Shown: positions 1-8,630, counted from the first letter of the stretch. The stretch is DNA of 29,974 nt from Propionibacteriaceae bacterium (GCA_043739465.1 JAYUEA010000476.1:1-29974), one strand, 5' to 3'. Notes: a model not told the origin generated them from the sequence alone. A program made the numbers and translations.

Positions 1-489
1 CTCGGCGACGTCCCCGCCGGCACCATCCTGAACATCATCGGCACCACCACCAACGCCCTGGCCCGAATCATCTACGACGGCGCCAGCCGCTGGGTCAACG
101 CCGCCTACATCACCCCACTCACCACCACCGGGCCCACAGCGACCGCCGCGTCCACCGCCGTCAGCTTCGCCACGGCGCAGGTCGGGAAGGCATACGCCTG
201 GGGCGGCAACGGACCGAACGCCTACGACTGCTCTGGCTTGACGACCGCCGCGTACAAGGCGGCCGGGATCGCCATCCCGCGCACCTCTTACAGCCAGTTC
301 ACTGTCGGTACGGCCGTGACACTGGCGAACCTGCGTCCGGGCGACCTCGTCTTCTACTACTCCGGCATCAGCCACGTCGGGATCTACATCGGCAACGGAC
401 GGATCGTCCACGCGACGAACCCGACCCGCGGCGTGGTCACCGACTCAGTCACGTCCATGCCCTTCATGGGTGGCCGTCGCATCGCCTGA
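1..489 (+). CDS. SH3-domain NlpC/P60 cell-wall endopeptidase (5' end outside window)
   Basis: Frame 1 is open from base 1: SH3b-like ...VPAGTILNIIG...RWVNAAYI, then the NlpC/P60 motifs GKAYAWGG, YDCSGL (catalytic Cys), PGDLVFY and SHVGIYIG; stop TGA at 487-489. Confidence 0.9.
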   Translation, partial: LGDVPAGTILNIIGTTTNALARIIYDGASRWVNAAYITPLTTTGPTATAASTAVSFATAQVGKAYAWGGNGPNAYDCSGLTTAAYKAAGIAIPRTSYSQFTVGTAVTLANLRPGDLVFYYSGISHVGIYIGNGRIVHATNPTRGVVTDSVTSMPFMGGRRIA

Positions 490-573
490 CGGTACGGATC
501 CGGCGAGGGGCCCGTCTCCTCGGATCACCTCGGTCGCCGCCGACGCGCGCGGATGTCGCGTTCTGCTGAGTTG

Positions 574-650
574 CGGGACGAATACGCCAAGCCACGCGCC
601 CTGAGCCCCACAGCCGCGTCATTGAACCGTCGCTCGGCAGATTCCTCCCA
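574..650. repeat. Solitary copy of the 77-78 bp inverted-repeat element
   Basis: Arms CGGGACGAATACGCC (574-588) and GGCAGATTCCTCCCA (636-650) with a 47-nt spacer; near-identical to the arms at 19052-19129 and 20075-20152. Confidence 0.7.
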
Positions 651-814
651 GCCGGCGCGTCAGGACAGCCGCACTACCCGTCACTCCCACGGCGTGAGCA
701 CATCCCTGCCCTGGATCTCGGGCGTCGCCAGCCGCATCTCGGACGCCGTGGTCACGGGAATCCATCCACCGGAAATCACACGGTTGTGTCTTCTTTCCCG
801 ACTCTGGAGCACAG

Positions 815-855
815 GTTGAGGCGAATCCCCCTGAGCTGAATCAGGGTCCTCCAAC
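815..855. terminator. Possible hairpin terminator 3' of the minus-strand metallopeptidase gene
   Basis: CCCTGA-gctgaa-TCAGGG (829-846) with an imperfect outer stem GTTGAGG/CCTCCAAC; no clear U-tract. Confidence 0.3.
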
Positions 856-860
856 GACCA

Positions 861-1226
861 TCAACCCCAGCCGAGCTCGTGCAGCCTGTCGTCGCTGATC
901 CCGAAGTGGTGGGCGATCTCGTGGGCGACCGTGATCGTGACCTCCCGTACCGCGTCCTCGTACGTCTCGCAGTTCTCGAGCGTCGGCCTGCGGAACACGT
1001 AGATCCGGTCGGGCAGGACACCTGAGTAACTAGAATCTCTTTCTGTCAAAGGGATTCCCTCATAGAGCCCGAGCAGGACCGGGCCGTCGGCGGGCGGGTC
1101 GTCCTCGATCAGCAGGACCGCATTCTCCACGAGGTCCAGGAGCTCGGCCGGGACTCGTGCGATCGCGAGATCCACCAGCGCGTCAAAGTCCTCGTCATCC
1201 AGCTGCAGCGTCACAGCCGTCAGCAT
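861..1226 (-). CDS. Small zincin-like metallopeptidase family protein
   Basis: LLGLYEGIPLTER...LPDRIYVFRRP...TVAHEIAHHFGISDDRLHELGWG; HExxH motif and C-terminus typical of this actinobacterial family; exact start uncertain. Confidence 0.85.
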   Translation of the reverse strand: MLTAVTLQLDDEDFDALVDLAIARVPAELLDLVENAVLLIEDDPPADGPVLLGLYEGIPLTERDSSYSGVLPDRIYVFRRPTLENCETYEDAVREVTITVAHEIAHHFGISDDRLHELGWG

Positions 1227-1340
1227 ATCGATGGTTGAATCACGTCATTGTCATTTACTAGCCACATTCATGAGAGGGCATTCATAAGTGGCTGATCCGA
1301 CGACGGTCACCTATCGTCGAACCCACTGAAACACACGATG

Positions 1341-1980
1341 CAGGTGTCCACGCCGCTGCATCACCCCACTCACCACAACCGGACCGACAGCCGACCTGAG
1401 CGGCCTGCCGACTATCACAGGCACTCGGTACGCGACCACCGCCGCTCGACATCCGTAACACCTCCGCCGATGCGTACACGGCCGTCGCAGAGGTCCCCTC
1501 GGGGACCGCTCTGTCGATCACGGGCGTCGTGGAGAACGGGCGGATGCAGGTCGTCTACCAGAACGCCGTCCGATCGGTGACGAACGCGTACGTCCGTGAA
1601 CCCGGTCGTCGTCACCGGCGGCGACTCCGTGGGCCTGAGCGGGCTCGTACCCTCGGCCACCCTCTTTGGTCGCTGACTGCCGGGTGCGGTTCCCAGCGAT
1701 CGTCACCTACTACGGGGTGCGACCCGACTCCTCGTCGTCCGACCACCCGACCGGCCACGCGGTCGACCTGATGCTGCCGAACTACTCGAGCAACGCCGCC
1801 CTGGGGACTGGCGATGGCCGACTAATACCGAGCCCACGCGGCCCAGTAAGGGATCTCGTACATCATCGTCTCTTCTCACATCTGGGGCGCGCCCGCAGCA
1901 GTGAGGGCTGGCGCTTCATGGCCGATGGCGGCTCGGACACGCACAACCACAAGGACCACGTGCACATCAGCTTCACCTGA
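1341..1980 (+). pseudogene. Degraded SH3-domain cell-wall protein with a C-terminal His/Asp-motif (DD-peptidase-like) domain
   Basis: Fragments in alternating frames: ITPLTTTGPTADLSGLPTITGTRYATT / LDIRNTSADAYTAVAEVPSGTALSITGVVENGRMQVVYQNAVRSVTNAYV (SH3b) / DHPTGHAVDLML / AMAD*YRAHAAQ*GISYII..HIW / SSEGWRFMADGGSDTHNHKDHVHISF. In-frame TAA at 1823-1825 and 1847-1849 plus several frameshifts; no 5' end found. Confidence 0.7.
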
Positions 1981-2019
1981 CGCTCATGGGTACGAGTCGC
2001 CTCCCCCAGCCCCCTGTCA

Positions 2020-2025
2020 TAGACT
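2020..2025 (+). promoter_or_regulatory. Putative -10 box (TAGACT) for tRNA-Glu
   Basis: TANNNT hexamer 19 nt upstream of the tRNA; a second candidate, TATAGT at 2156-2161, precedes tRNA-Asp. Confidence 0.4.
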
Positions 2026-2044
2026 TGCTCTCGGCTCAGGCCGG

Positions 2045-2117
2045 GTCCCCATCGTCTAGCGGCCCAGGACACCGCCCTTTCAAGGCGGTTGCGCCGGTTC
2101 GAATCCGGTTGGGGATG
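2045..2117 (+). tRNA. tRNA-Glu(TTC)
   Basis: Acceptor stem GTCCCCA/TGGGGAT, anticodon arm CCGCC-CTTTCAA-GGCGG, T-loop GTTCGAATC; CCA not encoded. Confidence 0.95.
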
Positions 2118-2194
2118 CGAAAGATGCCAAGTGGCGGCAGGTGTCGCCGGTTGGCTATAGTTCACGAGGCTCGGGTTCCCGGGTTGGCCGTCAA

Positions 2195-2268
2195 GGCCCC
2201 GTAGCGCAGCTGGTTAGCGCGCCGCCCTGTCACGGCGGAGGTCGCGGGTTCGAGTCCCGTCGGGGTCG
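2195..2268 (+). tRNA. tRNA-Asp(GTC)
   Basis: Acceptor stem GGCCCCG/CGGGGTC, anticodon arm CCGCC-CTGTCAC-GGCGG, T-loop GTTCGAGTC. Confidence 0.96.
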
Positions 2269-2299
2269 CGTTGTGTCCCTAGTCGTTCCGACGACTTCT

Positions 2300-2376
2300 G
2301 GCCAGGTAGCTCAGCTGGTAGCAGCGTTCGCCTGAAAAGTGAAAGGTCGCCGGTTCGAGCCCGGCCCTGGCCACCA
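2300..2376 (+). tRNA. tRNA-Phe(GAA)
   Basis: Acceptor stem GGCCAGG/CCTGGCC followed by ACCA, anticodon arm TTCGC-CTGAAAA-GTGAA, T-loop GTTCGAGC. Confidence 0.95.
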
Positions 2377-2378
2377 TG

Positions 2379-2400
2379 ACCCCGCTCCGGCGGGGTTTTG
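2379..2400 (+). terminator. Intrinsic terminator after the tRNA cluster
   Basis: ACCCCGC-TCCG-GCGGGGT followed by TTTG, directly after tRNA-Phe. Confidence 0.75.
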
Positions 2401-2414
2401 TCGGCTCTGGCACT

Positions 2415-3180
2415 GTGAGCACCGTGACGGCCCTGTTCACGAAACGTACGGTTCCAGGCGCGGCCCTGTAACGAAGCCGCCGGGCTTCGTTGGCTGGCTG
2501 CAGCCGGTTCAGGACGCGCCGCGATCGTTGAGGTCGTCGAGGCGCACGACCACGAGCTGACACTCCCCCGGCTCGTGCCGGCTCCCGCGACCCACGAGGC
2601 CGCTGCTGACTTCGGTCGAGGGCTGGCGGTCACGCACGACGCTGGCGCCGCGGCGTTCGGCGCGCCACCGGAGGGCTGGTCAGGCAATGGCTGGATCGGT
2701 ACGGAGCCAATGACGCTGGACTCCTACCCCACGTGGGGTGCGTTCTACGCCGAGCAGCGCTGCCTGCCGTACGCACGGACGGCCTACGACAGGGGCAGCC
2801 TCGAGGCGGACGATCTGGCGGTGTTGGAGCGGGCATGTACGAGGATCGCCGACGGCATGTACGACGATGACGCCCCACCCGCTCGCATCCACGGCGACCT
2901 GTGGTCAGGGAACGTGTTCGTGACCGGCGCCGGATTCGTACTCATCGACCCCGCCGCTCACGGTGGCCACCGCATCAGCGACCTCGCGATGCTCAGCCTG
3001 TTCGGCGCCCCGCACCTGGACCGCATCCTCAGCGCGTACGAGTCGGCATCAACCCACCTGCCACCTCACTGGCGCTCGCTGCAGCCCCTCCACCGGCTCC
3101 ACCCGCTCCTGGTCCACGCCGCCCTCTTCGGCGGCGCGTACGGCCCGCAGGCGACCGCCGTGGCAGGCCGCTACCTCTGA
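2415..3180 (+). pseudogene. Fructosamine kinase family protein, interrupted by one frameshift near 2470 (real or sequencing error)
   Basis: N-terminus VSTVTALFTKRTVPGAAL* (GTG at 2415 or 2424) continues in the +1 frame as EAAGLRWLAAA...; C-terminal IHGDLWSGN and LIDPAAHGGHR motifs. Removing one A at 2470-2471 restores a single ORF. Confidence 0.75.
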
Positions 3181-3208
3181 CCTTCGCGAACATCCCTCGT
3201 ACGTCGGC

Positions 3209-3507
3209 GGGAGATCCTGTACCGCTCATGGGGAGATCCTGTACTGCTCGTCGGGAGGTTTCGTACTGCTCTGTGGGAGATCCTGTAGCGCTCATGGGGA
3301 GGTCTCGTGCCCCTCGCGGGGAGATCCCGTACCGCTCGTCGGGAGATCCTGTACTGCTCGTCGGGAGCCACCTATCGAGAGCTACGTCCAGACCCTCCCC
3401 CCGAGCAGTGCCAAACCTCCCCACAAGGAGCACGAGACCTCCCCCCCAGCAGTACAGGACCTAGCGGAGCTGTACAGGACCTCTCCCCGAGCAGCACCAG
3501 ACCTCTC
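3209..3507. repeat. Head-to-head array of 22-bp units (7 direct, about 5-6 inverted)
   Basis: Consensus GGGAGATCCTGTACTGCTCGTC at 3209, 3231, 3253, 3275, 3297, 3319 and 3341. Reverse-complement units at 3400, 3422, 3444, 3466 (20 bp) and 3486, plus a degenerate one near 3377. Confidence 0.9.
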
Positions 3508-3512
3508 GGACG

Positions 3513-4646
3513 TCAGCGGAGGTAGGCGTGCTCCCAGCGGCGGAGCTCGTCGTGGTAGCTGGTGCGTGCGTCCTCCTGAGACAGGGAGACGTCGTGGATG
3601 GCGCCCTCGATCCGTATGAGCGTGAGGTGACGGCCGAGGCGGTGGGCCTGCGCGGCCAGCCGGGGCACGTCCAGCACGGTGTCCGCGCGGCACAGGTCGC
3701 TGGACCAGCGGCGCCGGAAGTCGCTCCTGGCCGACGTGACCATGAGGATCGGGCAGTCGATGTCGAGGCCCGCTGAGACCTGCTCGTGGCCCGCGGTGAC
3801 GGCGGTCAGCCACCCCGAACGCACCGGCTGAGACGGGTTGCGCTTCAGCTCGGGGTCGTACGTCCACTCTCCGTCCTGCGCCGCATCGATCGAGCGCGCG
3901 TAGAAGCCGTTGTCGGAAATCGGGAGCGGCCACGTCGCCGCGCGGGTCGCGAGGCTGCGGATCAGCGGCGGGACGAGCGCCCGGACGAGCGCCGAGCCCT
4001 GCAGCTCGATCCACGGGGAGTTGAGCACCAGCCCGTCCAGCGCGCCCAGGTGACGGTTCGCCCAGAGCACGGCAGTCAGGCCGCCCGTCGAGTGGGCCGT
4101 CATCACGACGCTGCCGTGTCGGCGCGCGACGTGGGCGATGGCAGCGTCGATCTCGAGGTCGTAGTCAGCGAGGTCCTCGATGTAGCCTCCCATCAGCCCG
4201 GGACGCAGGTTGCGTCCGTAGCGACGGAGGTCGAGGGCGTAGAAGTCGTACCCCAGCGCGTCCCACCAGTCAGCCACGTGGGTGTGGAAGAAGTAGTCGT
4301 TCCAGCCATGGATCGACAGCACCGCTCTCGGGTGACGCCGCTTGTTCCGCCGCACGAGCGTGGCGGTGAGCGAGCCGTCGCCGATGTCGGGGTCGATCTC
4401 TTCGGGGTGCCGCGTCACGCCCACCAGCGACATCTCGCGCGCCTGGTAGCCAGGCAGCAGGTCGTCGACCTCCCACGCTCCCCAGCGCACGTGAGCCGGC
4501 GTCGCGGTCTCCGGCGTGGGCTCGGGCAGCTCAACCTCGAGCTCCTCAATCGGTACGGGTTCCGGCGCGATCTCCACCGGGTCGGCCGCGACCTCCGTGC
4601 GCGAGGCCAGTACCGACTGCAGCAGGGCGAGAGAACCGAACCTCAT
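3513..4646 (-). CDS. Alpha/beta hydrolase (lysophospholipase/S33-like)
   Basis: IHGWNDYF oxyanion region, LDLRRYGR, nucleophile elbow AHSTGG, catalytic His in GAIHDV; TAGAGT hexamer 6 nt before the ATG. Confidence 0.85.
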   Translation of the reverse strand: MRFGSLALLQSVLASRTEVAADPVEIAPEPVPIEELEVELPEPTPETATPAHVRWGAWEVDDLLPGYQAREMSLVGVTRHPEEIDPDIGDGSLTATLVRRNKRRHPRAVLSIHGWNDYFFHTHVADWWDALGYDFYALDLRRYGRNLRPGLMGGYIEDLADYDLEIDAAIAHVARRHGSVVMTAHSTGGLTAVLWANRHLGALDGLVLNSPWIELQGSALVRALVPPLIRSLATRAATWPLPISDNGFYARSIDAAQDGEWTYDPELKRNPSQPVRSGWLTAVTAGHEQVSAGLDIDCPILMVTSARSDFRRRWSSDLCRADTVLDVPRLAAQAHRLGRHLTLIRIEGAIHDVSLSQEDARTSYHDELRRWEHAYLR

Positions 4647-4718
4647 GTTTCGACTCTATCCGGGCGCTATGACAGCGGCGAGGTAGGTGAACCCCCGCCG
4701 CAGGATCTGGATCAGTGA

Positions 4719-4979
4719 CTAGCCCGAACGCCTCAGCGACCAGGGCGCGTCATCAACGGCGTCCGGTTCGTCATCGTCATCGTCATCGTCACCGTCGTCC
4801 TCGTCGTCGAGGTCGGCGGCGTCGTCGGAGTCATCGGCGAGTTCTGCGTACTGATCAGGAATCGCGTCGGACGGACTGCGGAGCTCGCGCTCCAATGACG
4901 AGAAGTCCGTGGATACCGACCTGTACTTCAGTTCTCTGGCGACTTTCGTCTGCTTCGCCTTCGCACGGCCGCGCCCCAT
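4719..4979 (-). CDS. DUF3073 family protein
   Basis: Signature MGRGRAKAKQTKVARELKY plus an acidic tail; usual position downstream of purM in actinobacteria. Confidence 0.92.
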   Translation of the reverse strand: MGRGRAKAKQTKVARELKYRSVSTDFSSLERELRSPSDAIPDQYAELADDSDDAADLDDEDDGDDDDDDDEPDAVDDAPWSLRRSG

Positions 4980-5121
4980 AGAGCCAGCCCCCTCGCCTGT
5001 GATCGCTCGCGGAGTGGCCGCGGCACATGTTGTCAGTTCGTGCGGACCAGATTACCTTCAGCACCACCGATCCACCAACCTCGAACCACGGCCGTCTCCA
5101 TCGGGCATCCGCCGCCGTGGA

Positions 5122-6222
5122 TCAGGCCCGGTGGGCACCCTCGAGACGTACGGAACCGTCGCCCGCCAGGACCTCGCCGCACACCCAGGACGCGATCCCC
5201 CGGGCGGTCAGCTCGCGCTGGGCCGCGTCGACCGAGGCGGCCGGCAGCACGAGCGCCATGCCGACGCCCATGTTCAGCGTCGCCTCGATGTCGGGCTGGG
5301 ATATCTCCCCTAGCCGCTGCACGAGTCCGAACACCGGACCGGGGGTCCAGGTCGTACGGTCGAGGCGCCCGGAGACGGTCGCCGGGAGGACGCGGGCGAG
5401 GTTGTTCGCGAAGCCGCCGCCGGTGATGTGGCTCATCGCGTGCACCTCAGTGCCACGCACCACTGCGAGCACGTCGGCCGCGTACACCCTGGTCGGCTCG
5501 AGAAGCTCCTCGCCGAGGGTGCGGCCCAGCTCCGGGAGGTACGCGTCGAGGCGGAGCCCTGCCTGCTGCAGCAGCACGTTGCGGACCAGCGAGTAGCCGT
5601 TGGAGTGGAGGCCGCTGGACGCGAGCGCGAGCACCACGTCGCCCACGACCACGCGGTCAGGGCTGAGCATCTCGTCGGCCTCGACGACGCCGGTGGTCGC
5701 CCCGGCGAGGTCGTACTCGTCGGCCGCCAGCAGGCCCGGGTGCTCGGCCGTCTCGCCGCCCAGCAAGGACGCGCCGGCAGCCGTGCACGCCGCGGCGATG
5801 CCGCCCACGATCGCGGCGATCCGCTGCGGCACCAACGCGCCGCACGCGATGTAGTCGGTGACGAACAGCGGCTCGGCCCCGACCACGACGAGGTCGTCGA
5901 CGAGCATCCCGACGAGGTCCCAGCCGATGGTGTCGTGCTTGTCGAGCGCCTGCGCGATGGCCACCTTCGTGCCGACGCCGTCGGTCGACGTGGCCAGCAG
6001 CGGGCGACGGTAGCCCTTGAACGCGGAGGCGTCGAAGAGGCCGGCGAAGCCGCCGATGCCGCCCACGACCTCGGGCCGGTGAGTCGCCCTCACCGACGCG
6101 CCCATGAGCTTGACGGCGCGGTCGCCGGCCTCGATGTCGACGCCGGCGCGGGCGTACGCGGTCCCCGCTTGCCGCGGTGCCTGGGGCTCGCTGCGCTCGC
6201 CACGACTATCCAACTGGCTCAT
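5122..6222 (-). CDS. purM: Phosphoribosylformylglycinamidine cyclo-ligase (AIR synthetase)
   Basis: YARAGVDIEAG, STDGVGTK, GGETAEHPG, SSGLHSNGYSL and LNMGVGM; ATG overlaps the purF stop (TGATG). The longer ORF-track start is spurious. Confidence 0.97.
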   Translation of the reverse strand: MSQLDSRGERSEPQAPRQAGTAYARAGVDIEAGDRAVKLMGASVRATHRPEVVGGIGGFAGLFDASAFKGYRRPLLATSTDGVGTKVAIAQALDKHDTIGWDLVGMLVDDLVVVGAEPLFVTDYIACGALVPQRIAAIVGGIAAACTAAGASLLGGETAEHPGLLAADEYDLAGATTGVVEADEMLSPDRVVVGDVVLALASSGLHSNGYSLVRNVLLQQAGLRLDAYLPELGRTLGEELLEPTRVYAADVLAVVRGTEVHAMSHITGGGFANNLARVLPATVSGRLDRTTWTPGPVFGLVQRLGEISQPDIEATLNMGVGMALVLPAASVDAAQRELTARGIASWVCGEVLAGDGSVRLEGAHRA

Positions 6223-7682
6223 CAGCAACCTCGGATTCCCAGGGCCTGGGCCGCCGGCGGTACGGCCACGGGGTAGACGCCGTCGAAGCATGCGCGGCAG
6301 AGCTTGTCCTTGGCGATCCCGGTGGACGCGACGAGCCCGTCCAGCGAGATGTAGCCGAGGGAGTCGGCACCGATGCTGGTCTTGATCTCCTCGACGCTCA
6401 TCCCCGGCGCGATCAGCTCTGCGCGGGTGGCGAAGTCGATCCCGTAGAAGCAGGGCCACTCCACCGGCGGCGAGCTGATCCGTACATGGACCTCCGCCGC
6501 GCCGGCCTCCCGCAGCATCCGGACGAGGGCACGCTGTGTGTTGCCGCGCACGATCGAGTCGTCGACGACCACGAGGCGCTTGCCGGCGATGACGTCGCGC
6601 AACGGGTTCAGCTTGAGCCGGATCCCGAGCTGACGGATCGTCTGCGAGGGCTGGATGAAGGTGCGACCGACGTACGCGTTCTTGACCAGGCCGACCCCGT
6701 ACGGGATCCCGGACGCCTCCGCGTAGCCGATCGCAGCCGGCGTGCCGGACTCGGGCACCGGGATGACGAGGTCGGCGTCGATCGGGAACTCCATGGCGAG
6801 CGTGCGGCCGATCTCGAGGCGCACGCTGTGCACCCGGCGGTTGGCGATGCGGGTGTCGGGCCGCGACAGGTAGACGTACTCGAACAGGCAGCCCTTGGGG
6901 TTCGCCGGCGCGAACCGCACCGACTGCACCCCGGAGTCGTCGATCTTCAGCAGCTCTCCCGGCTCGACCTCGCGGGTGAACGTCGCGCCGACGATGTCCA
7001 GGGCGGCGGTCTCCGAGGCGACGACCCAGCCGTTCTCCAGCCGACCCAGCACCAGCGGGTGGATGCCCTGAGGGTCGCGTGCCGCGTACAGGGCTTTCTC
7101 GGTCATGAAGACCAGGCAGTACGCGCCCGTCAGGCGGGGCAGCAGGTCGAGCGCGGCCTCATGGACGGACTTGCCGCGGTACGTGCCCAGAAGCCCGCTC
7201 ACCAGCGACGTGTCGTTGGTCGAGTCGAGGCCCTCCTTGTGGGGTACGGGCTCGGTGAAGTCGCGTTCGAGCAACAGCTGTTCGAGCTCGTCGGTGTTCG
7301 TGATGTTGCCGTTGTGCGCGAGCGCGAGGTTGCCGTTCTCCAGCGACCGGAAGGTCGGCTGCGCGTTGTTCCAGGTGCTGGAACCGGTCGTCGAGTAGCG
7401 GGTGTGGCCGATCGCGAGATGGCCGGTGAGCGACGCCAGCGTCGACTCGTCGAAGACCTGCGACACCAGGCCCATGTCCTTGAAGACCATGATGCGGTTG
7501 CCGTTGCTGACCGCGATGCCCGCCGACTCCTGGCCGCGGTGCTGCAGCGCGAACAGCCCGTAGTAGGTGAGCTTGGAGACCTCTTCGTTGGGGGCCCAGA
7601 CGCCGAAGACCCCGCACTCGTCGCGGGGTCCTGGGGAGTCGGGGTCCAGCTCGTGAGTCAGACGTCCGTCTCCGCGTAGCAC
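6222..7682 (-). CDS. purF: Amidophosphoribosyltransferase
   Basis: ECGVFG (N-terminal nucleophile Cys), LQHRGQES, GHTRYST, VDDSIVRGNT, PCFYGID, CRACF; GTG at 7682 lies 7 nt after TAGGCT (7690-7695). Confidence 0.97.
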   Translation of the reverse strand: MLRGDGRLTHELDPDSPGPRDECGVFGVWAPNEEVSKLTYYGLFALQHRGQESAGIAVSNGNRIMVFKDMGLVSQVFDESTLASLTGHLAIGHTRYSTTGSSTWNNAQPTFRSLENGNLALAHNGNITNTDELEQLLLERDFTEPVPHKEGLDSTNDTSLVSGLLGTYRGKSVHEAALDLLPRLTGAYCLVFMTEKALYAARDPQGIHPLVLGRLENGWVVASETAALDIVGATFTREVEPGELLKIDDSGVQSVRFAPANPKGCLFEYVYLSRPDTRIANRRVHSVRLEIGRTLAMEFPIDADLVIPVPESGTPAAIGYAEASGIPYGVGLVKNAYVGRTFIQPSQTIRQLGIRLKLNPLRDVIAGKRLVVVDDSIVRGNTQRALVRMLREAGAAEVHVRISSPPVEWPCFYGIDFATRAELIAPGMSVEEIKTSIGADSLGYISLDGLVASTGIAKDKLCRACFDGVYPVAVPPAAQALGIRGC

Positions 7683-7756
7683 GTACGTCAGCCTAACAAG
7701 GTGCGAGAGGTCCCGACTGCCGCGCCCACCGTACGTACCTGCGTGAGGCGACACGT

Positions 7757-7810
7757 CGACCGGACAGGCATCCGGATACCTGTCCGGTCGTCCCCAAGCC
7801 TGTCCGGTCG
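7757..7810. terminator. Strong hairpin 3' of the SDR gene, with an alternative second arm
   Basis: CGACCGGACAGG (7757-7768) pairs perfectly with CCTGTCCGGTCG at 7779-7790 or at 7799-7810. Confidence 0.65.
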
Positions 7811-7816
7811 CGGCCG

Positions 7817-8629
7817 CTAGCGGTCCAGCAGGCTCGCCATCTTGTCGGCGATCATCGTCATGGCGCGCTCGGGGACCAGCCGGGTGAAGATGTCCATCAT
7901 CTTGGCGTCGGGGCCGACGAGGACACGGTACGAACCCTTCGCCATGCCGTTGATGATGATCCGCGCCGCCTCGGACGGGGGCAGCACCTTGTGGTTGGCC
8001 GCGTTGCCGGAGCCGCCCGCGACGCCGGGGATCTTCACGCCGCTGTTCTCGGAGATGCTCGTCGCGACGGCACCGGGGAACACGACCGTGACGCGTACGG
8101 ACGATCCGCGCAGCTCGGCGTGCAGGCCTTCGGTAAGCAGCTTCACCGCCGCCTTCGACGCCCCGTAGATCGTCTGGCCGGGGACGGGGATGAAGGCCCC
8201 CATGCTGGAGACGTTGACGAGCGCGGCCTGGGGGCGCTTCGTCAGGTACGGCAGGAACGCCTGCACCATGTTCACGACGCCCCAGAAGTTGACCGACATC
8301 ACGCGCTCGATGTCGGCGTGCTCCAGCTCGGAGAAGTGGACGAACTTCTGGATGATGCCCGCTACGTTGAGCAGCCCGTCGATCTCGCCGTGCGCGTCGA
8401 TGACCTGCTTCGGCAGCGCCTGAACGGCCGCCGCGTCGGTGACGTTCACCTGGTGAGTGCTGAGCCGGGCCGCGTTCGTACCAGCGCGCGCGACCGTACC
8501 TGCGAGGCCTTCGGCGCTGAGGTCGACCGCGGCTACGGTCGCCCCGCGGCCGAGGAGGCCGAGGACGACCTCTCGGCCAATGCCGTTGCCGCCGCCCGTG
8601 ACGACGAACACCTTGCCGGGGATCTCCAT
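7817..8629 (-). CDS. Short-chain dehydrogenase/reductase
   Basis: TGGGNGIG Rossmann motif, NVAG, catalytic Ser in NVSS and YGASK. Confidence 0.93.
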   Translation of the reverse strand: MEIPGKVFVVTGGGNGIGREVVLGLLGRGATVAAVDLSAEGLAGTVARAGTNAARLSTHQVNVTDAAAVQALPKQVIDAHGEIDGLLNVAGIIQKFVHFSELEHADIERVMSVNFWGVVNMVQAFLPYLTKRPQAALVNVSSMGAFIPVPGQTIYGASKAAVKLLTEGLHAELRGSSVRVTVVFPGAVATSISENSGVKIPGVAGGSGNAANHKVLPPSEAARIIINGMAKGSYRVLVGPDAKMMDIFTRLVPERAMTMIADKMASLLDR

Positions 8630-8630
8630 G

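Noticed and set aside
553-819. 88-aa ORF between the NlpC/P60 and zincin genes
   Set aside because: Ser/Arg-rich with no motif or RBS, and it runs through the inverted-repeat element.
815-855. c-di-AMP (ydaO) riboswitch suggested by GGCGAATC/GCTGAATC near an NlpC/P60 gene
   Set aside because: It lies downstream, not upstream, of that gene and lacks the other conserved segments (GGGGAACC, GTCAGCTAAC).
2045-2376. tRNA-targeted integrative element or prophage
   Set aside because: No integrase gene and no duplicated tRNA 3' end (att site) seen anywhere in the window.
2460-2475. Programmed +1 frameshift at CTG-TAA-C in the fructosamine kinase gene
   Set aside because: There is no slippery re-pairing (CUG to UGU) or upstream SD-like stimulator; a simple one-base insertion is more parsimonious.
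3209-3507. CRISPR array
   Set aside because: Units are contiguous with no unique spacers, they are degenerate and they invert mid-array; there are no cas genes in the window.
6177-7679. Long antisense or alternate-frame ORFs (e.g. 6177-7679, 3786-4718, 14463-16229, 16141-17442 portion, 23968-24999)
   Set aside because: Shadow ORFs expected from high-GC codon bias; they overlap well-supported genes and show no recognisable motifs.
7696-7756. ZTP or other purine riboswitch upstream of purF
   Set aside because: No recognisable consensus, and purF appears leaderless, leaving no 5' UTR.
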